This document shows, piece by piece, positions 1-12,688 of a stretch of 64,000 nt of DNA. Positions within the stretch are counted from its first letter, which is position 1. Each line of letters opens with the position of its first letter. The stretch comes from Camelus dromedarius (taxonomy: Eukaryota), in NCBI RefSeq assembly GCF_036321535.1, contig NC_087437.1:6572001-6636000 (forward strand). The letters are read 5' to 3'. The position numbers were made by a program, and so were the translations under genes. The notes beneath the pieces were generated by a model. That model was not told the origin of the DNA. It did no database searches and saw nothing but the letters and a program-made list of their open reading frames with translations.

Positions 1-2429
1 AGGCGGCCTCCTCATGGGTGGCCCCTGTTTCTTACATGTCCCTGCAATTTCTGCTGAGGTGGTACCTGCCAAGCCCTACTTTTCCTACCCTTAGAGTTTT
101 TGCTCTTATTCCATTCACTTCAAAATATCATTACCATTGCAAACAAGGAAAATGTGTTTATCAGAAACTGCAAACTCCTTGAGGGCCTCATAGGATTAAT
201 CACGGTTATAAAGTTTTATTAAACACAATTTTTGTTTAATGACAAGCTCCACCAGTCCTCCCCATCCCAAACCAATCCTGTCCTAAGGGTGAATTGCGCT
301 CAGCAGATTGTCTTCAACAGACTCTTCAAGACAATCCCTATTACTTTGTCATGCACAGAGATATTTTTCTTCCTGGATAATTTGAACTTCCTTAAAAATC
401 ACATCTGTTTCATACTTTATTTATTTGTAATTTAAATCCTTAAATTGAATCTTTCATTACTAACATCTGGGCTTGAAATGCAGCCCACTTGAAAAAATAC
501 AAATTTTATTTTATTTGTAGTTACCCCCCTTCACTCCATAGCACTGGTACAAACAGTCTCTGGCCAGAGGCAAAACAGCCGGGTATCTCAAAGCTGTGAT
601 GCTGTACCACGTGTAATGTGGTTCACTTGATTGTCCCTGAAGTGACTGGCAATTTGCCCAGAATTAGACTGAATGCACGTAATAAGCTGTAGAATTTCCA
701 CAATATTGACAATTAGATATCTCTGTACAGCAGCAGCTGTGTATTGTTCTCATGGTATGGTCCCCTCAAAGCACCTCCTAAAAAGAAAAAAAAAAAAAAC
801 CTGGCAGAAGGTTGCAGGCAGCAGAAAGGTAATATACATTGTATGAAATACCTCAAATTCAGATTGATCGGGATGTTTTCTATTAGTACAGTTTTCTGCA
901 ATGGAAATCATGGCTGAAACTGAACGCTCTGGAATAGGAGTTTATAACACCACATCTGTAATTGCTCTATTTTTAGCACGTTTCGGAGGAAGATACCTTT
1001 CTCATTTCCATTTATTGTGAAAGGGAGGGAACGGTATCGCCGGCACTCCCAGCATTTCGAGTCTCTGGGAGCGGGCGGCTCTGACCCTACGGACATGCTG
1101 AGACCCGCTTACCCTTCTGAAATGGCTTTGGTCATTTAAAATAACTTTCACTGTCCCCTGAATGGAAATCAGCCCCAAGAAATCATATCGTTTGTGGACA
1201 GTTTTGATGAAAAAGAAGCTTAGCTTCTGATTTGCCATTTTTGCACTCTTCAAACGCAGGGAGCCGTTTGGACAAATGTGGAAACACCTCCCCATGTTTC
1301 GCCATTTTCCATAATATTTCTTCACCAGCCCATTTGTTTCATGATTGTAGAAAACGAGGGAGAACATGAAGGAACTGAACTGATCGTTTCTCCCTATCTG
1401 GAAGCCACTGCCCACAGTCCTTGGATTTGAATATTATTTTAAACCACACGATTGAAGTTTGCATGATGAATGGCTAATCTTTGATATTTTGCCCAGCGGA
1501 TCTGGGGCAGGCTGTTGTTGTCTGGAGCCAGACTCGGCAAACTTTCGGTTTTGTTGTTTGTCTCTTTGCAATAGAAATGAACATTTTAAAGGAAAGCTGC
1601 TGGTTTTAGAAAAATACCATAAAACCTCCGGAACAATAAGATGCCATGTTTTCTATTGCAGATCTTAATTTATCAAGCTAATTACTGACAAAATGGAGCT
1701 AAATTGCTGATAGTCTTGAGACTGATTAATTCGGGAACAAGACACTGTTGGGTTCCTTAAAGGTTAGCAGTAGTGTTTGCGTAGCACAGGAGTGGAGGAC
1801 TCTTTCTCAGCTCAAATTACATCGTATCCTTCTTTTAAAAACTCCACGTTATTAAGAATGCATTCAAGTTCAGTCCAATATGTACATTTGTTTCCCCATT
1901 AATGCTAATTAGAGGAGAAAAGAGAAACCAAAAATTTCTCATTAGCAAAGAGAACTTATTTTGAAACTTGTAGTTTCTCTCTTGCAGTCCAGTTTAAAAC
2001 TCCTGCTCTCTCTTGCTCTCTCTCTCTGTATCTTTTAAAATTCTTTCTATTTATAATTCTGTTCCTTTCCCTTCCCTGGGACCAGTCTTTAGTGATCGCC
2101 CATTAACAATTGCTTTTTGTATTTAAAAAGGCACCAGGAGACAGGTGGGAGCCCCCTTCTAGGCATCAGGAACTCTGAATTCCCTAGTTTTGGCTCCACT
2201 GCTAACAAGCCAGGTGACTTTAGACAGTAGCCCCCATCTTTCTGGGCTTCAGTTCCTCCAGACGGGCATGAAATGTCAGCAGAACTCGGTGATCTAGGAG
2301 ACAATGTTGGTGACGGACAATCAAGTAAAAGTTGCCGGGGAAGATTTTTTTACCGGGGGCCATAAGGTGCTTTCTCGGCATCCCCTCTCACCAGCCTTCC
2401 CCGCCTCGTGCTCCTGCACCCGGACCACG

Positions 2430-3000
2430 GCTGAATCAGTGCCTAATGAGGTCAGATCATGATGTGTGTTCCTGGGAACGGAAGACAGGGCTGAGACGGC
2501 ATGAAATGGTATCGCGTGGGCCTTTCTGTTGCCAGCAGCATAACATCCAGTCCCCTTGGCACCTAATGTGCTCTAATAAAGGAGGTTAAAGAGCCAGGCC
2601 ATTAATTGACTCCTGTCCTAAGTCCCTTTTATAACCTGTGTTATCAGCATAAGTACAAGTGTGATGTAGTAAGGAATATCATTATGAAACAGATTTCCTG
2701 GGAGAGGAATTAGCTGGCTCTGGTGGGCACCCCTGCCGTAATGAACACACTTCCCTGTTTATGAATACAGTTATCGATGTACTTTTAACAATCCTGCCAG
2801 GGGGCGGGGGAAAAAAGCTTCACTGGATATCTCGTGCCTAACAGAGCATTTTCCCCAACTGGTTCTTGAAGGGTTAATTTGCAGTTTACGATTGAATAAC
2901 GTAAAATGAGCTGTAAATAATGTAATGATACGTATTGTTAAGCTACATATACTCTACCAGGTGCTAATACACCCACTCCTCGCTTAGATATAATCCGGGA
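2430..3000. promoter_or_regulatory. Candidate conserved non-coding developmental enhancer
   Basis: No recognisable TE. Many TAAT/TAATT cores and TTTACGA/TTTATGA posterior-Hox-type sites, with CpGs retained in AT-rich context. Conservation not testable here. Confidence 0.4.
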
Positions 3001-4299
3001 CAGTCAACAAACACAGATGCATTTTAACAAAGAGAGAGACAGAAAGATAAAGACAGAAAGAACAAGAAAAAAAATTAAAACATATGTAAGATAATTTAAC
3101 CAAGATAGAGATCCAGGTAAAACTTGGCCTTTTTTTTTTTTTTTTTTCCCTCCGAGTAGCTTCCCTGTACTGTGAAATACAACAGCATTTTGGCTTGTTT
3201 TTGGAACACACACGAGCCAAACACGTGGGAAACACCTTGACAGGCCTTTTGTATAACTACAAGGAAACTGATAATCCTAAATAAATTACACGGGAGAAAT
3301 ATGAATCTTTGAATACTAGTAATTATAATGGTTATTTTTCACTTTTGTAGCACCTGCAAATGATGTATATATAACAAAACCTCAAAAAGCTCTAATTAAC
3401 TTTTTCTTTTTTTCCATTTACTGGCTTTAACCAGTTTGTATTAATTGGCAATTTATATCTATATATTTTTACCAAATATTTCTATTACTTTTGAGTGGCT
3501 GGAAATCACACATTATTGAATTTATTTTCAACCGAGCTTGTTTTTAATTTTTGTCAGCCACTTGCTCTAAACTTCTCCCTGCCTGCCCTACTCATCAAGG
3601 GGCTGTGGAGGGAAGTGGAAATTTCTTGGTTGATCTTGGAGGCGGGAGTAACCTACACTTGCTTCTCCGGGGCAGTGACATGACTTCTGACTAATAGCGC
3701 CGGTCAGAATTCCTAACTGCTCCTACCAAATACGCAAGGGCTCCATTTGGAAGACCTCCAGGCCCAGCTTTTGGACAGATTACTCTGGGCGCTTCATGGC
3801 ACCAGATGAGTCTGACCACCGTGAGGATGAAGCTTTGTTCTGCTTTGGGGCTTAGGGCGGGTCAGACGCAGACAGAGCAGAGCTCTGCGCGGCTTCACAT
3901 GGACTCCAAACTCCAGACCTCCTGGTCTGCAGTCCTGATTATCCTGAAATTACCCAATGGCTGCCACTTTGGGTGGCAATGCCAGGGGAAGAGGGGTCTA
4001 AACTTGTGACCTGGGAAGGAGAAAATGGGCGCTCTTTACCAGGAAATCTGGAGGAAGGAGGATGCTGCCTGTACTTTAGTTATTTTCTTCTTTTTTCCTC
4101 CCTTTCTTCTTCTTCTTCTTCTTTTTTTTTTTTTTCAATTCTGATTTGGTTTTGTTTTAAAGGAACCTCTGTGTGCCTGTGCCATGGACGTGGGTGGAAG
4201 GTGTTGCTAACCATCTAAGACACCTCCCAGTTATCAGGGAAGAAGGGCCACTATCTAGGGGTCGGAATGTGACCTGGGGAAACCTGAAGGAGGAGGACT

Positions 4300-4760
4300 C
4301 AGATCAGGCGTGTGTGTGCGCGCGTGCGCGCGTGTGTTACCTCTTTTAAAAGAACATTTTTCTGCTGCTCTCCTCGTGGGAGTGGACGCTGCTGGAAGGT
4401 CTTGGCTAGTGGCAGCCCAGTGACCCACCTCTTTGACTGATGGGGGGCCCAGGCCAGAGTGAATGCTGCCTGAGAGTAAGCCCTGCGCCCATCAGGATGC
4501 AGAGGCCGGGTGGCCGCTGCGACCATCAGCAGGACATCCGAGCGGCTGCCTGATGGCACTCGGCTGCCAAAGCTTCTAAAGGGTTTGGCGCCGGCCTGGA
4601 ACTCGGATGCAAACTGTCCATCTGCCGCATGGCACTGGCGACAGCTGACTCTTCCGCAGTCGGCAAGATGGACCCAGCCTCAGCCAATCGGCCCCCGTCC
4701 CTGATTGCACAAGGTTGGTCCGACCCGCTTCGTGAGCCAGAAACATACAGTATGTGCGTT
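4300..4760. promoter_or_regulatory. CpG-enriched candidate enhancer or promoter with CCAAT box and Z-DNA-prone tract
   Basis: Alternating purine-pyrimidine tract 4308-4337, AGCCAATCG 4682-4690, locally high CpG density. Confidence 0.35.
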
Positions 4761-7700
4761 TTCATTTTGCTCTGTACGTGATACTATAAACACCAGGGCT
4801 GGGGATGAACGGAGAAACCAGAGGGGACACACTGCTGCTTCTGCGGAGAAAGCAGATTGGCAGCGTTGAAAGCATATTGGGGCATGACAGTAGCCTAAAA
4901 ACCCCAATATGGACGAGGACAGCTGACCAGATGTCTTGACTGACATTTTTTAACAAGTTTCAAGGGTATCCCTACAGGACATAAATGCTAACTCTGCATC
5001 TGGGTTCTTCTTTTCGGTCCCATCCTCTCCCAGCTGCAACTAAGTGTGCGATGCCTGTAGCTCACAGCCCCAGTGACAGAGAAATGCTTGGACAGGCTTA
5101 GGCAGTGGCCCTCCTGTGCAGGAAGTGCCCGAAGTCTCTCTGGTTGGAGGGGAATGGCTACTTAGAGCCAAGGGAGCGAATGAAGGCACAACCCCAAAGT
5201 AGATATGGGCACTTCTGTGAGCTGCCCCTTTGGGTGCAGGGAAGGATTTTTGGAACTGGACACCGTTTCCTCCACTGCCCTCTGCCACAAGCTTTTACGG
5301 TCACTCCGGCAATTCTGGGGCACGTGGTGAAGTCAGTTTTGCTCCTGGCTAATCTGGTCGGGGCTGCTGCAGTCTGAAAGCCAGGCAATCTGCAATCGTT
5401 CCATGGTGAGCTGGAGGGTGGGCAGGAGTTTTAGGGCCGAGGAGCAGATTTTATCATTTGAATTTTCTAAATTACAGGCTTGTGGGCATGGGAGGTTAAA
5501 TTGGATTTTAAAAGTTTGAAAAGCACAAGGAAGAAGCTGTAGTTTTAATATTTGGAGTCTCAAGTGTTATGGTTAAATTCTGGACTCCTCGTGTAAGGGC
5601 ATCTTTAAACAGAAAGGATTCTTACTTAAGGTTTCATATGTTCCAAAAGATTATTATCATTATTATTATTATTTTGGTAATTTGTAATTGACTTGAGGTT
5701 AATCCCAAGCCCCCATTTGAGTTCTAAGAAGCTGTCCTGTGGATTAAATGCAGCATCTCCTTTTCTTAAAGAGCAAATTAGACGCATAAATTACCACAGG
5801 ATGTCTTTATCAGACTCTGTCTGAATAACTGGTTAGCTCTCCATCTGCGTCTGTTTGATCAACGCAGAAGATAACATTGGATCTGCAGAGTTACTGGGGC
5901 TGATGGTCCGGCTCTGCAGGTTTTGTAGCTCAAAATTTTCTTTTCCCTCATGAGCAGCATTTAAACGTGTTAGAATAAAATTTTCACATCCAACTACAAT
6001 GTGCACGTTAGTAAGGTTAGGCTCCTCTTAGAGTATCATGGACTTGTGTTACTGTTGGAATGGAGATTCGAGATTATCTGGGCCAAGATGCTTTTTATAT
6101 TGAAGAGAGATTTTCATGGAGGAAAAGGTGAAATGGCAAGTTCAAAGAAACACCATCCCAGTGCTGTGTGTTTGCCTCTTTGCTGGAGCGAGGCTAACTC
6201 AACAAGGATTTGCTCTCCTTAGCAGAGCAAGACATAAGTACATACCGAATTCATATTTTCTTTGATTAAAAAAAAAGGAAGGATAATGCTTTCGATGAAG
6301 TTGGAGACTTTACAAGGAAAAGTTCCAGAATCTTGCCTGGACCGGGAAGAGCTAGGCAGTGAGTGAAAAGATAGCTCCGGTTTAGCTTTGTTCATCTGCC
6401 GTTGGCAAGGTTACTTCAAAGACCATTTTACCTGGAGATGGGGAAGCACAGAACTCCGTCAATGGCAGTTGTGAGCTGGCACAAACTGTAGAGGACTCAG
6501 ACCAGAGCGCCTGGTGACATCCTCCACCTGTAGAAGCTGGGAGGCAGAGCAGCCCCCAGTGGGAATGCGAGCCCGCCTCCTCTCGCATCACGGACGGGAG
6601 CCCGGGGTTCACACGCACGTGACAAAGGTTCATGTGTTAGACACAGAAACATGCTATTTCCTTGTCAGAGTCCCAGGCAGTTCTGTTCCACAGATAGTTA
6701 AAAATAATGCCAGGTGCAGCGTAAATAAAAGTTCCTAACAGACACTGTGGCATTCGACTAGCTTTTGTAAATGAAAGTCTTCCTTTGTTCTCTACTTCTG
6801 GCTGAAACAACTTTTATGTTGGCCGATGAAAGGAGAAAGCTCCGAGACTCAAACCTTCCGAAAGAACACATTGTGTGAATGTGGAGTCTGGCACCCAGGG
6901 CTCTTTCTATCCCTCCTTTCCAGCTTGAAATCTACTTGGCTTTTCTGTTGTTCTTTTTCAAAGATGGATGAATGTTGTAGAAACTATTTTCCTCAACAGA
7001 TGATGCCAAATTATAGGACAGTTTTGTCCCCATCCCATGTGGTAGGTTCATAAAAGTCATTCCTTAGGAACAGTCACTGCATTTATCTAGTCTGCTTGGG
7101 TGATATGAAAAAAAAAAATCACAAGGGTGCTAAAGCTGTGATTTGAAAAATCACGTATTAAAATTTGGGAATGTGAAGACTGAGGGCAAAAGGCTTCAGC
7201 ACAATTTACAAGGGTTTGTTCAAACACTGCAATTCCTACTAATAACTTATGGACAGACTTCAACTTTGTTCGAAAGTCATAAGGAATAAAAAATTATTTT
7301 AAAGACTTCCAATATCTCCTCTATTGTCTTCCGTCTCCGTGACTGGTCTCTCCATGGAGTTAAGACTTCCTTAGATGCTGTGCAAGTGAACAGCAAGTAC
7401 TGATGACCCTCTAGCAAGCGTCTGTCTTGAACCCTGACTTTATTCGTCCAGGAGATCCAGGTAGAAACAACGTTTGGTTGATGGGTTTGTCGGGAGAGAC
7501 CTGGCTCCTACCTCTGGAATATCTGGGCTGTAGAATGTGGCCAATTAGTTGCCTTAACAAAGAACATGAAGACAGACTGAGACGCTACCAGGGGGGAAGC
7601 AGTGGTGTAAGTGTGGCTGTTGCTTCCTCCTACCTGCACCTGGTCTCTTCTCCCCACGGACGTGCTCAGGCCTGGCATTTGTCTGTTTTCTGGATGTCTT

Positions 7701-7774
7701 TGGATCTACATGATGATGAATAGCTGGAAAGAAAGTAAAGAATTAGGCCAGCCATTCAGGTGTTTTGACTGGGT

Positions 7775-7895
7775 GTTCCAGGCATTTCAACAAACATTTA
7801 CTGAGAGGTTCTTACAAGTAAGGCTGAGTGCTGAAGACACTGGGAGAAACCAATGTGAATAAACTCCATTTTGTATTCTTAAGAAGCCTGTAACA
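7775..7895 (-). mobile_element. L2 3' end fragment
   Basis: catttcaacaaacatttactgag...gtgctgaagacac is the reverse complement of the L2 terminus. Confidence 0.6.
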
Positions 7896-8208
7896 GAGGC
7901 AGATTTTGGGCAGAATCCAATAGAGCTCAGCTCATCCAGGGAAATTTTACTGGATTTATTGGGCGCAGGCAGAGGAAAGTTAGGGTTCGACAGGACATGT
8001 GGCCGCAGGTCACATCTGTGAATCAGACAGTGTAGCTTGTTCAGCCAGTTCCTTTAAAGAACCTGCCCATTGCACGGGGGAGGAGGATGATATATTCCAG
8101 CAGGTGTCTGGAACTTTGCAGACTGCCACATGTCTGGTGCTGGGTCAGGGCTGGAATTTGTTCTACTGCAGCAGGGCTTGGAGTATATATCATAGATTGT
8201 ATTATGAT

Positions 8209-8493
8209 TAGAGGATCTGCATAATCAATCATCCCTAACCGGGGCCTTTTTGAAAGTGTGAGTGAAAGCTATTAATAATTATGCTGGGGATGGTGGTGGG
8301 GAGGGTATAGCTCAAGTGGTAGAGCACATGCTTAGCATGCATGAGGTCCTAGGTTCAATCTCCAGTACCTCCTCTAAGAATAAATAAATAAGCAAACCTA
8401 ATTACCTGCCCCAGCCAAAAAAAAAAAAAAAAAAATATGCTGGGAGAACAGGGATAAGCTAGGATGGCCCGAAAAATGGAATCGCTCTACTTA
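8209..8493. mobile_element. MER94-like hAT-Blackjack MITE, interrupted by the SINE
   Basis: tagaggatctgcataatcaatcatccctaaccgggg...gctattaataattatgctggg[SINE]agaacagggataagctagga resembles the recalled MER94 consensus. Confidence 0.6.
8289..8435 (+). mobile_element. tRNA-Ala-derived SINE, camelid Vic-1-like, with poly-A tail and TSD
   Basis: GGGTATAGCTCAAGTGGTAGAGCACATGCTTAGCATGCATGAGGTCCTAGGTTCAATCTCCAGTACCTCC resembles tRNA-Ala(AGC). A box about 8308-8319, B box about 8352-8363, A-rich tail to 8435. TSD tatgctggg at 8280-8288 and 8436-8444. Confidence 0.9.
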
Positions 8494-10519
8494 AAGCAGA
8501 GATAACCCTAGGATGCAGCGTTCTCAGTATACCTGAGGGAGGGGTGGGAAAAGGCTTTTTGATGTGTGAACCCTTGTGTGTGGTCTCCAGTCCCAAAGTC
8601 ACCAAATTGAAATGAGGTGGAAGTGCAACTTTAATGGTCATGTTTCCAGCATTTATTTCGCTGCACCTTGATTGGAACATGACCCTCCTTAATTACCTTT
8701 CCACTAACTCAAATGGCCAGTTCTGCTCAGAAGCAGATCCCCAGTTGAAGAATAAGGCTGACAGTGATTTGGATGATCTACCATCAGGTCATCTAAAGTT
8801 ACCAGATTAATTGCACCTTCAAAGTTAAATGCGATGGATCATGTGTACTCTGTCTCCTACAAAAAGAACACCTAGGATATAATTTTTGAAATATTTCAAT
8901 TTGTAACATAAAAAGATAGTTAAGGAAGTACCTCTTTCATTTTTCTTTGATTTTAAAAATCGGATTTAAAGTATTTCATGCACAATATCATAGCTTATCC
9001 ATTTCACTTGGTTTGCAGATTTTGCACTTAAAGTGCTGTGCGAATCAGAGTGATTTCCTTCTTGAGTATTTCATTTCTTTCACAAATTGCATTGAACTTA
9101 GCCAAAACATGCTCTTTGGCACATAGTAAGAACCCAATAACTGTTAAATAAATGAATAAATAAATGAATTTGGTTAAAACAATGTGAAAACCAGTCCTTT
9201 CATTTCCTTTTCAACTTCTTTACAGACTTCCAAAATTCAGTAAGAAATTATCCCCTGGCGGAAGTATCAATTTGTATCTGAGTCACTTTTAAGTCACTGA
9301 CCTATATTGCTGTGCTTGATGTGCACTCGTGTGTGTGTGTCTGTGTGTGTGTTAGGGTGTATGTGAATGTGTGCATGTGTAATTAACACTCTGCTGAAGC
9401 CTAAAGTGTAAGATGCTACCAGAGCACAGCATTTAAAATTCAGCACTTTTTACTTCTCTTGTAGGAAGTCTATCCGATGCTTATGGTTCATAATCTGGAT
9501 GTTCTGTGTGGGTGAATCCATCTTCATGTCACCTCCCTGTCTTTCATGGGCAGCAGTTGTAAGTGTATAAATGGCTCTGCCTGGAGTGCCTCATAGAGTT
9601 CAGACAGAATTCAACAGCACGGTGGTTGTTTTTAAATAACGATGAAAATGAGGAAGTAGAATCTTCATTTGGATGTATTTTATAAATGGTTGCACCAATT
9701 AAGAAATGGACAAAGAATTTTGGACTGTCTTTTCATCCAAATCATTTAAAGCATTAAAAAATGCAGATTGTTTAGTCCACAAAAATTTTTATGTTAATTT
9801 GATATTTGCTAGGAACTGTCATTTAATAAATCCACCTATCTTTTGTCTTGAATTTAAGATAGAAAACAGAGATGCTATATAATATCTCAGTTATGTGAGA
9901 AAAAAAATTCCTAGACCCTTATTCGGCAGGTGTGTGAGGGGTAACTGGCAAACTGTGAGGACTGTACACTGTTAACATTTTGTACTTTAACCTAAACAAA
10001 ATTAATAGTTCACTTGGGTTTTGGAAAGATTGCTCCTGGACCAGCAGTGTATTTCTGAATGACATAAATATAAGAAAATTAGAAATTAACTTTAAATGGA
10101 TTTAGGCTTCTTACATAAATGAGAGCCACCCTTACACAAATTACTAAATCTATTCAGAGTAATTTATCAAGCAGTTATATGTTGTTTTGCTGTGTTGAAA
10201 TTCCAGAAAATTTAATAACAACATACTTTCTGGAAATTGCATTAGCATAGACCATTAATAAGTTAGACCTATGGTGCCCGCGTGGGAGTGTAACGTTGCC
10301 ATTAGCAATGTATAGTAAAGTGGAAACTGGTTATCACATAAGCATATCTATGGTAATACTGAAAGACAAGGTTTTCCGAGAGCTTTCAGCATCATCTGAA
10401 ACAAGCATTTAGAAAATTGTCCCATGGTATTTAGCAGTTAACATGAGCCAACAGTGGTGAGATAAGTGGTCCCAAATGAAAAGGATATATGGGGAGTCAA
10501 CAGTGGAATTTTACAGCCA

Positions 10520-10680
10520 GAAGAGCTCTTATCACTTAACTACGCCAAACTCCAGATAAACAGGTTCAGAGAGGTCAAGTGACTTGCTCAGAGTCACACA
10601 GCTAGTTTGTGGCAGAGCCAGGATGAAAACCCGGGGTCTCCAGAGTCTCAACAGAATGCTCTGCTCACCACATCACACAG
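10520..10680 (-). mobile_element. MIR SINE
   Basis: aaacaggttcagagaggtcaagtgacttgctcagagtcacacagctagt, MIR core. Confidence 0.85.
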
Positions 10681-12651
10681 AAAGTGTAAAATGCGAGGTT
10701 AACACTGCGCACAAACGAGCAGGGGTCTGGCAGTGGATGGATAAATGTGGCTGGCACCAACAATTAAGCAGAATAACTGAAAAACTGCAAAAATTGTGAA
10801 AATTTATTTTACCTTTGATTTGGGTTTTGGGAAAAGAGGCTTCTAGCTGGTCAAATTCAAATCACTGCTAACTCTTTGCAGAAGGTTGTTCTACTTTTAG
10901 AGAACCATGAAATAATGATTCAGAGAGGTGATTCACACTTAAAACTGACCGTCTACCTCCGACAATGTTGGCAAAATAGTAGTTGCAGTTCTCTGACTCG
11001 GGTCCCCTCAAAATAATTAAAAAACCTTACTTGAAGTGCAAGGAAAAAGGTCATTTGGGCCACAACCCACGTTGTTCTGTTCTTACTAGGGGATTTTCCA
11101 ATTGCTTAAGACACATCAAACTTGGAAAACAAAGGCAGCTTATCATTAAAAATTAAACCTAGGTGCACTTGTAAGCCACCTCTTCTCTGGCGAAGGGAAG
11201 GTGGTGTGAGTGATTTCCAGCTGTGTCCCCAGTTAATGAGGGGTTTTCACCCTCTTTGCCCTTTGACCTTGCTGGCACCTTTCCTGGTCTCTTTTGTGCT
11301 GCTGTCCTGGAAATACAGTCCTCCTTTTCCAGGGGTTCAACTGTATTTGCAATTACAATGGTCTGGCAGAGCATTAAGGAGGCTAGATCATCAGATAACC
11401 ACAGGTTAAGGCTTCAACTGCAGCTATTAACAGTTTTGTTCGAAACCCAAGTATCATTTCAGTGGTGGGGAGGGCCTCCAACATGGCAGCAGTAGCAGCA
11501 AGAAATTAAAAAGATAAATAACTTGGTTTTGAGTGTTCTGACAATGGCAGGTGGGAAAATAGATTTCTTCCCTTCCCACAGCTCCCCGTGTCATTTTCTA
11601 CCCTTCCTCCTTTGCATTACCGTCTGTATTTCAGCATTATTCTATCTGCCGCATTTCGTGACACTGCAAAAACACGGTTCAGAAAAGCTGAACTTTTAAT
11701 TGTGGTGAGAAATAAGTTAGCTTAATTATTCTTGGGTCAGAGAAAAGATGGGTTTTGTTTTCCTCCCGAAGTCCTTCCTACCTAATCGCAATTTAACACC
11801 CTTTTCCCAGCGTTGCTATGTCTGAACTTCATGCAGCTAGACAAATAAACTCTTTGGAAAAATGCACATTTTTATTTGGAAATAATGCCATCTCTTTGTT
11901 AGATTTGCCGCAATCCTATTTTGCCTCTACTGTTTTTAAGTCGGAAATGAAAAATTATATAGAAGATGTTTGTGCATCATATTGTGCTGAATCGTATGCG
12001 GGTCAGCATGCTGCAACGCCGAAGATAAGGGACGGGGAACAAGTGTTCTATGTACTTACAAGCAAATATCAGTCATAATAGAGGAAGACAGATCTACAAG
12101 AGCGTTTTGGCTTCAGAAATGTTTCTTGTCATTAGCATTTTAAAAAAGCTATGAGATTCAGGCCTATCAGCACCGATTCACAGCAAACCCTGGCTCGCCC
12201 AGGTTGTTATCTGTTTCGCACAGAGGTACAGCTGGTTAGCAAATGGATTTGCAGATTTTTTTTTTTTTTTTTTTTTTTTTTGCCGGGATGAGTAAAAAGG
12301 CAAAGAATCAGGTACTTACAACCCATTCAGAATGTAACAATTTTGATTGTGTTATAAACCAAACCTTCTGTTTTTTGCAAACTGCATTATTTTTAGAAAC
12401 AGAACCAAGAGGAAAAAAAAAACCCAGCTGATTTAAAAAAAATCTTTATTCATATTCCAATATCCCTAAGGGTTCTAATATCCATGAAGCAATACCAGCA
12501 AAGTGCAATAAGAAGGGCAGACTCCACTGATTTGGTTTACGACGTGGGTTTATTGTGTTAGCAGTCACGTCAAAAGGCAATATCTAATATTTTTTAATTT
12601 TTTATTCCTCTCTCTCTCTAGATGTAAAGGGGGAGAAGGTGCTGGGTAAAG

Positions 12652-12685
<34 letters not shown>

Positions 12686-12688
12686 CAG
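12652..12688. repeat. (GT)n(GA)n microsatellite
   Basis: Direct reading. Confidence 0.95.

Noticed and set aside
7138..7154. Palindrome gtgattt-gaa-aaatcac
   Set aside because: 7-bp AT-rich arms are expected by chance in 64 kb.
8298..8373. Functional tRNA-Ala gene
   Set aside because: Has a poly-A tail, a TSD and stem mismatches, and lacks a T-run terminator, so it is a SINE.
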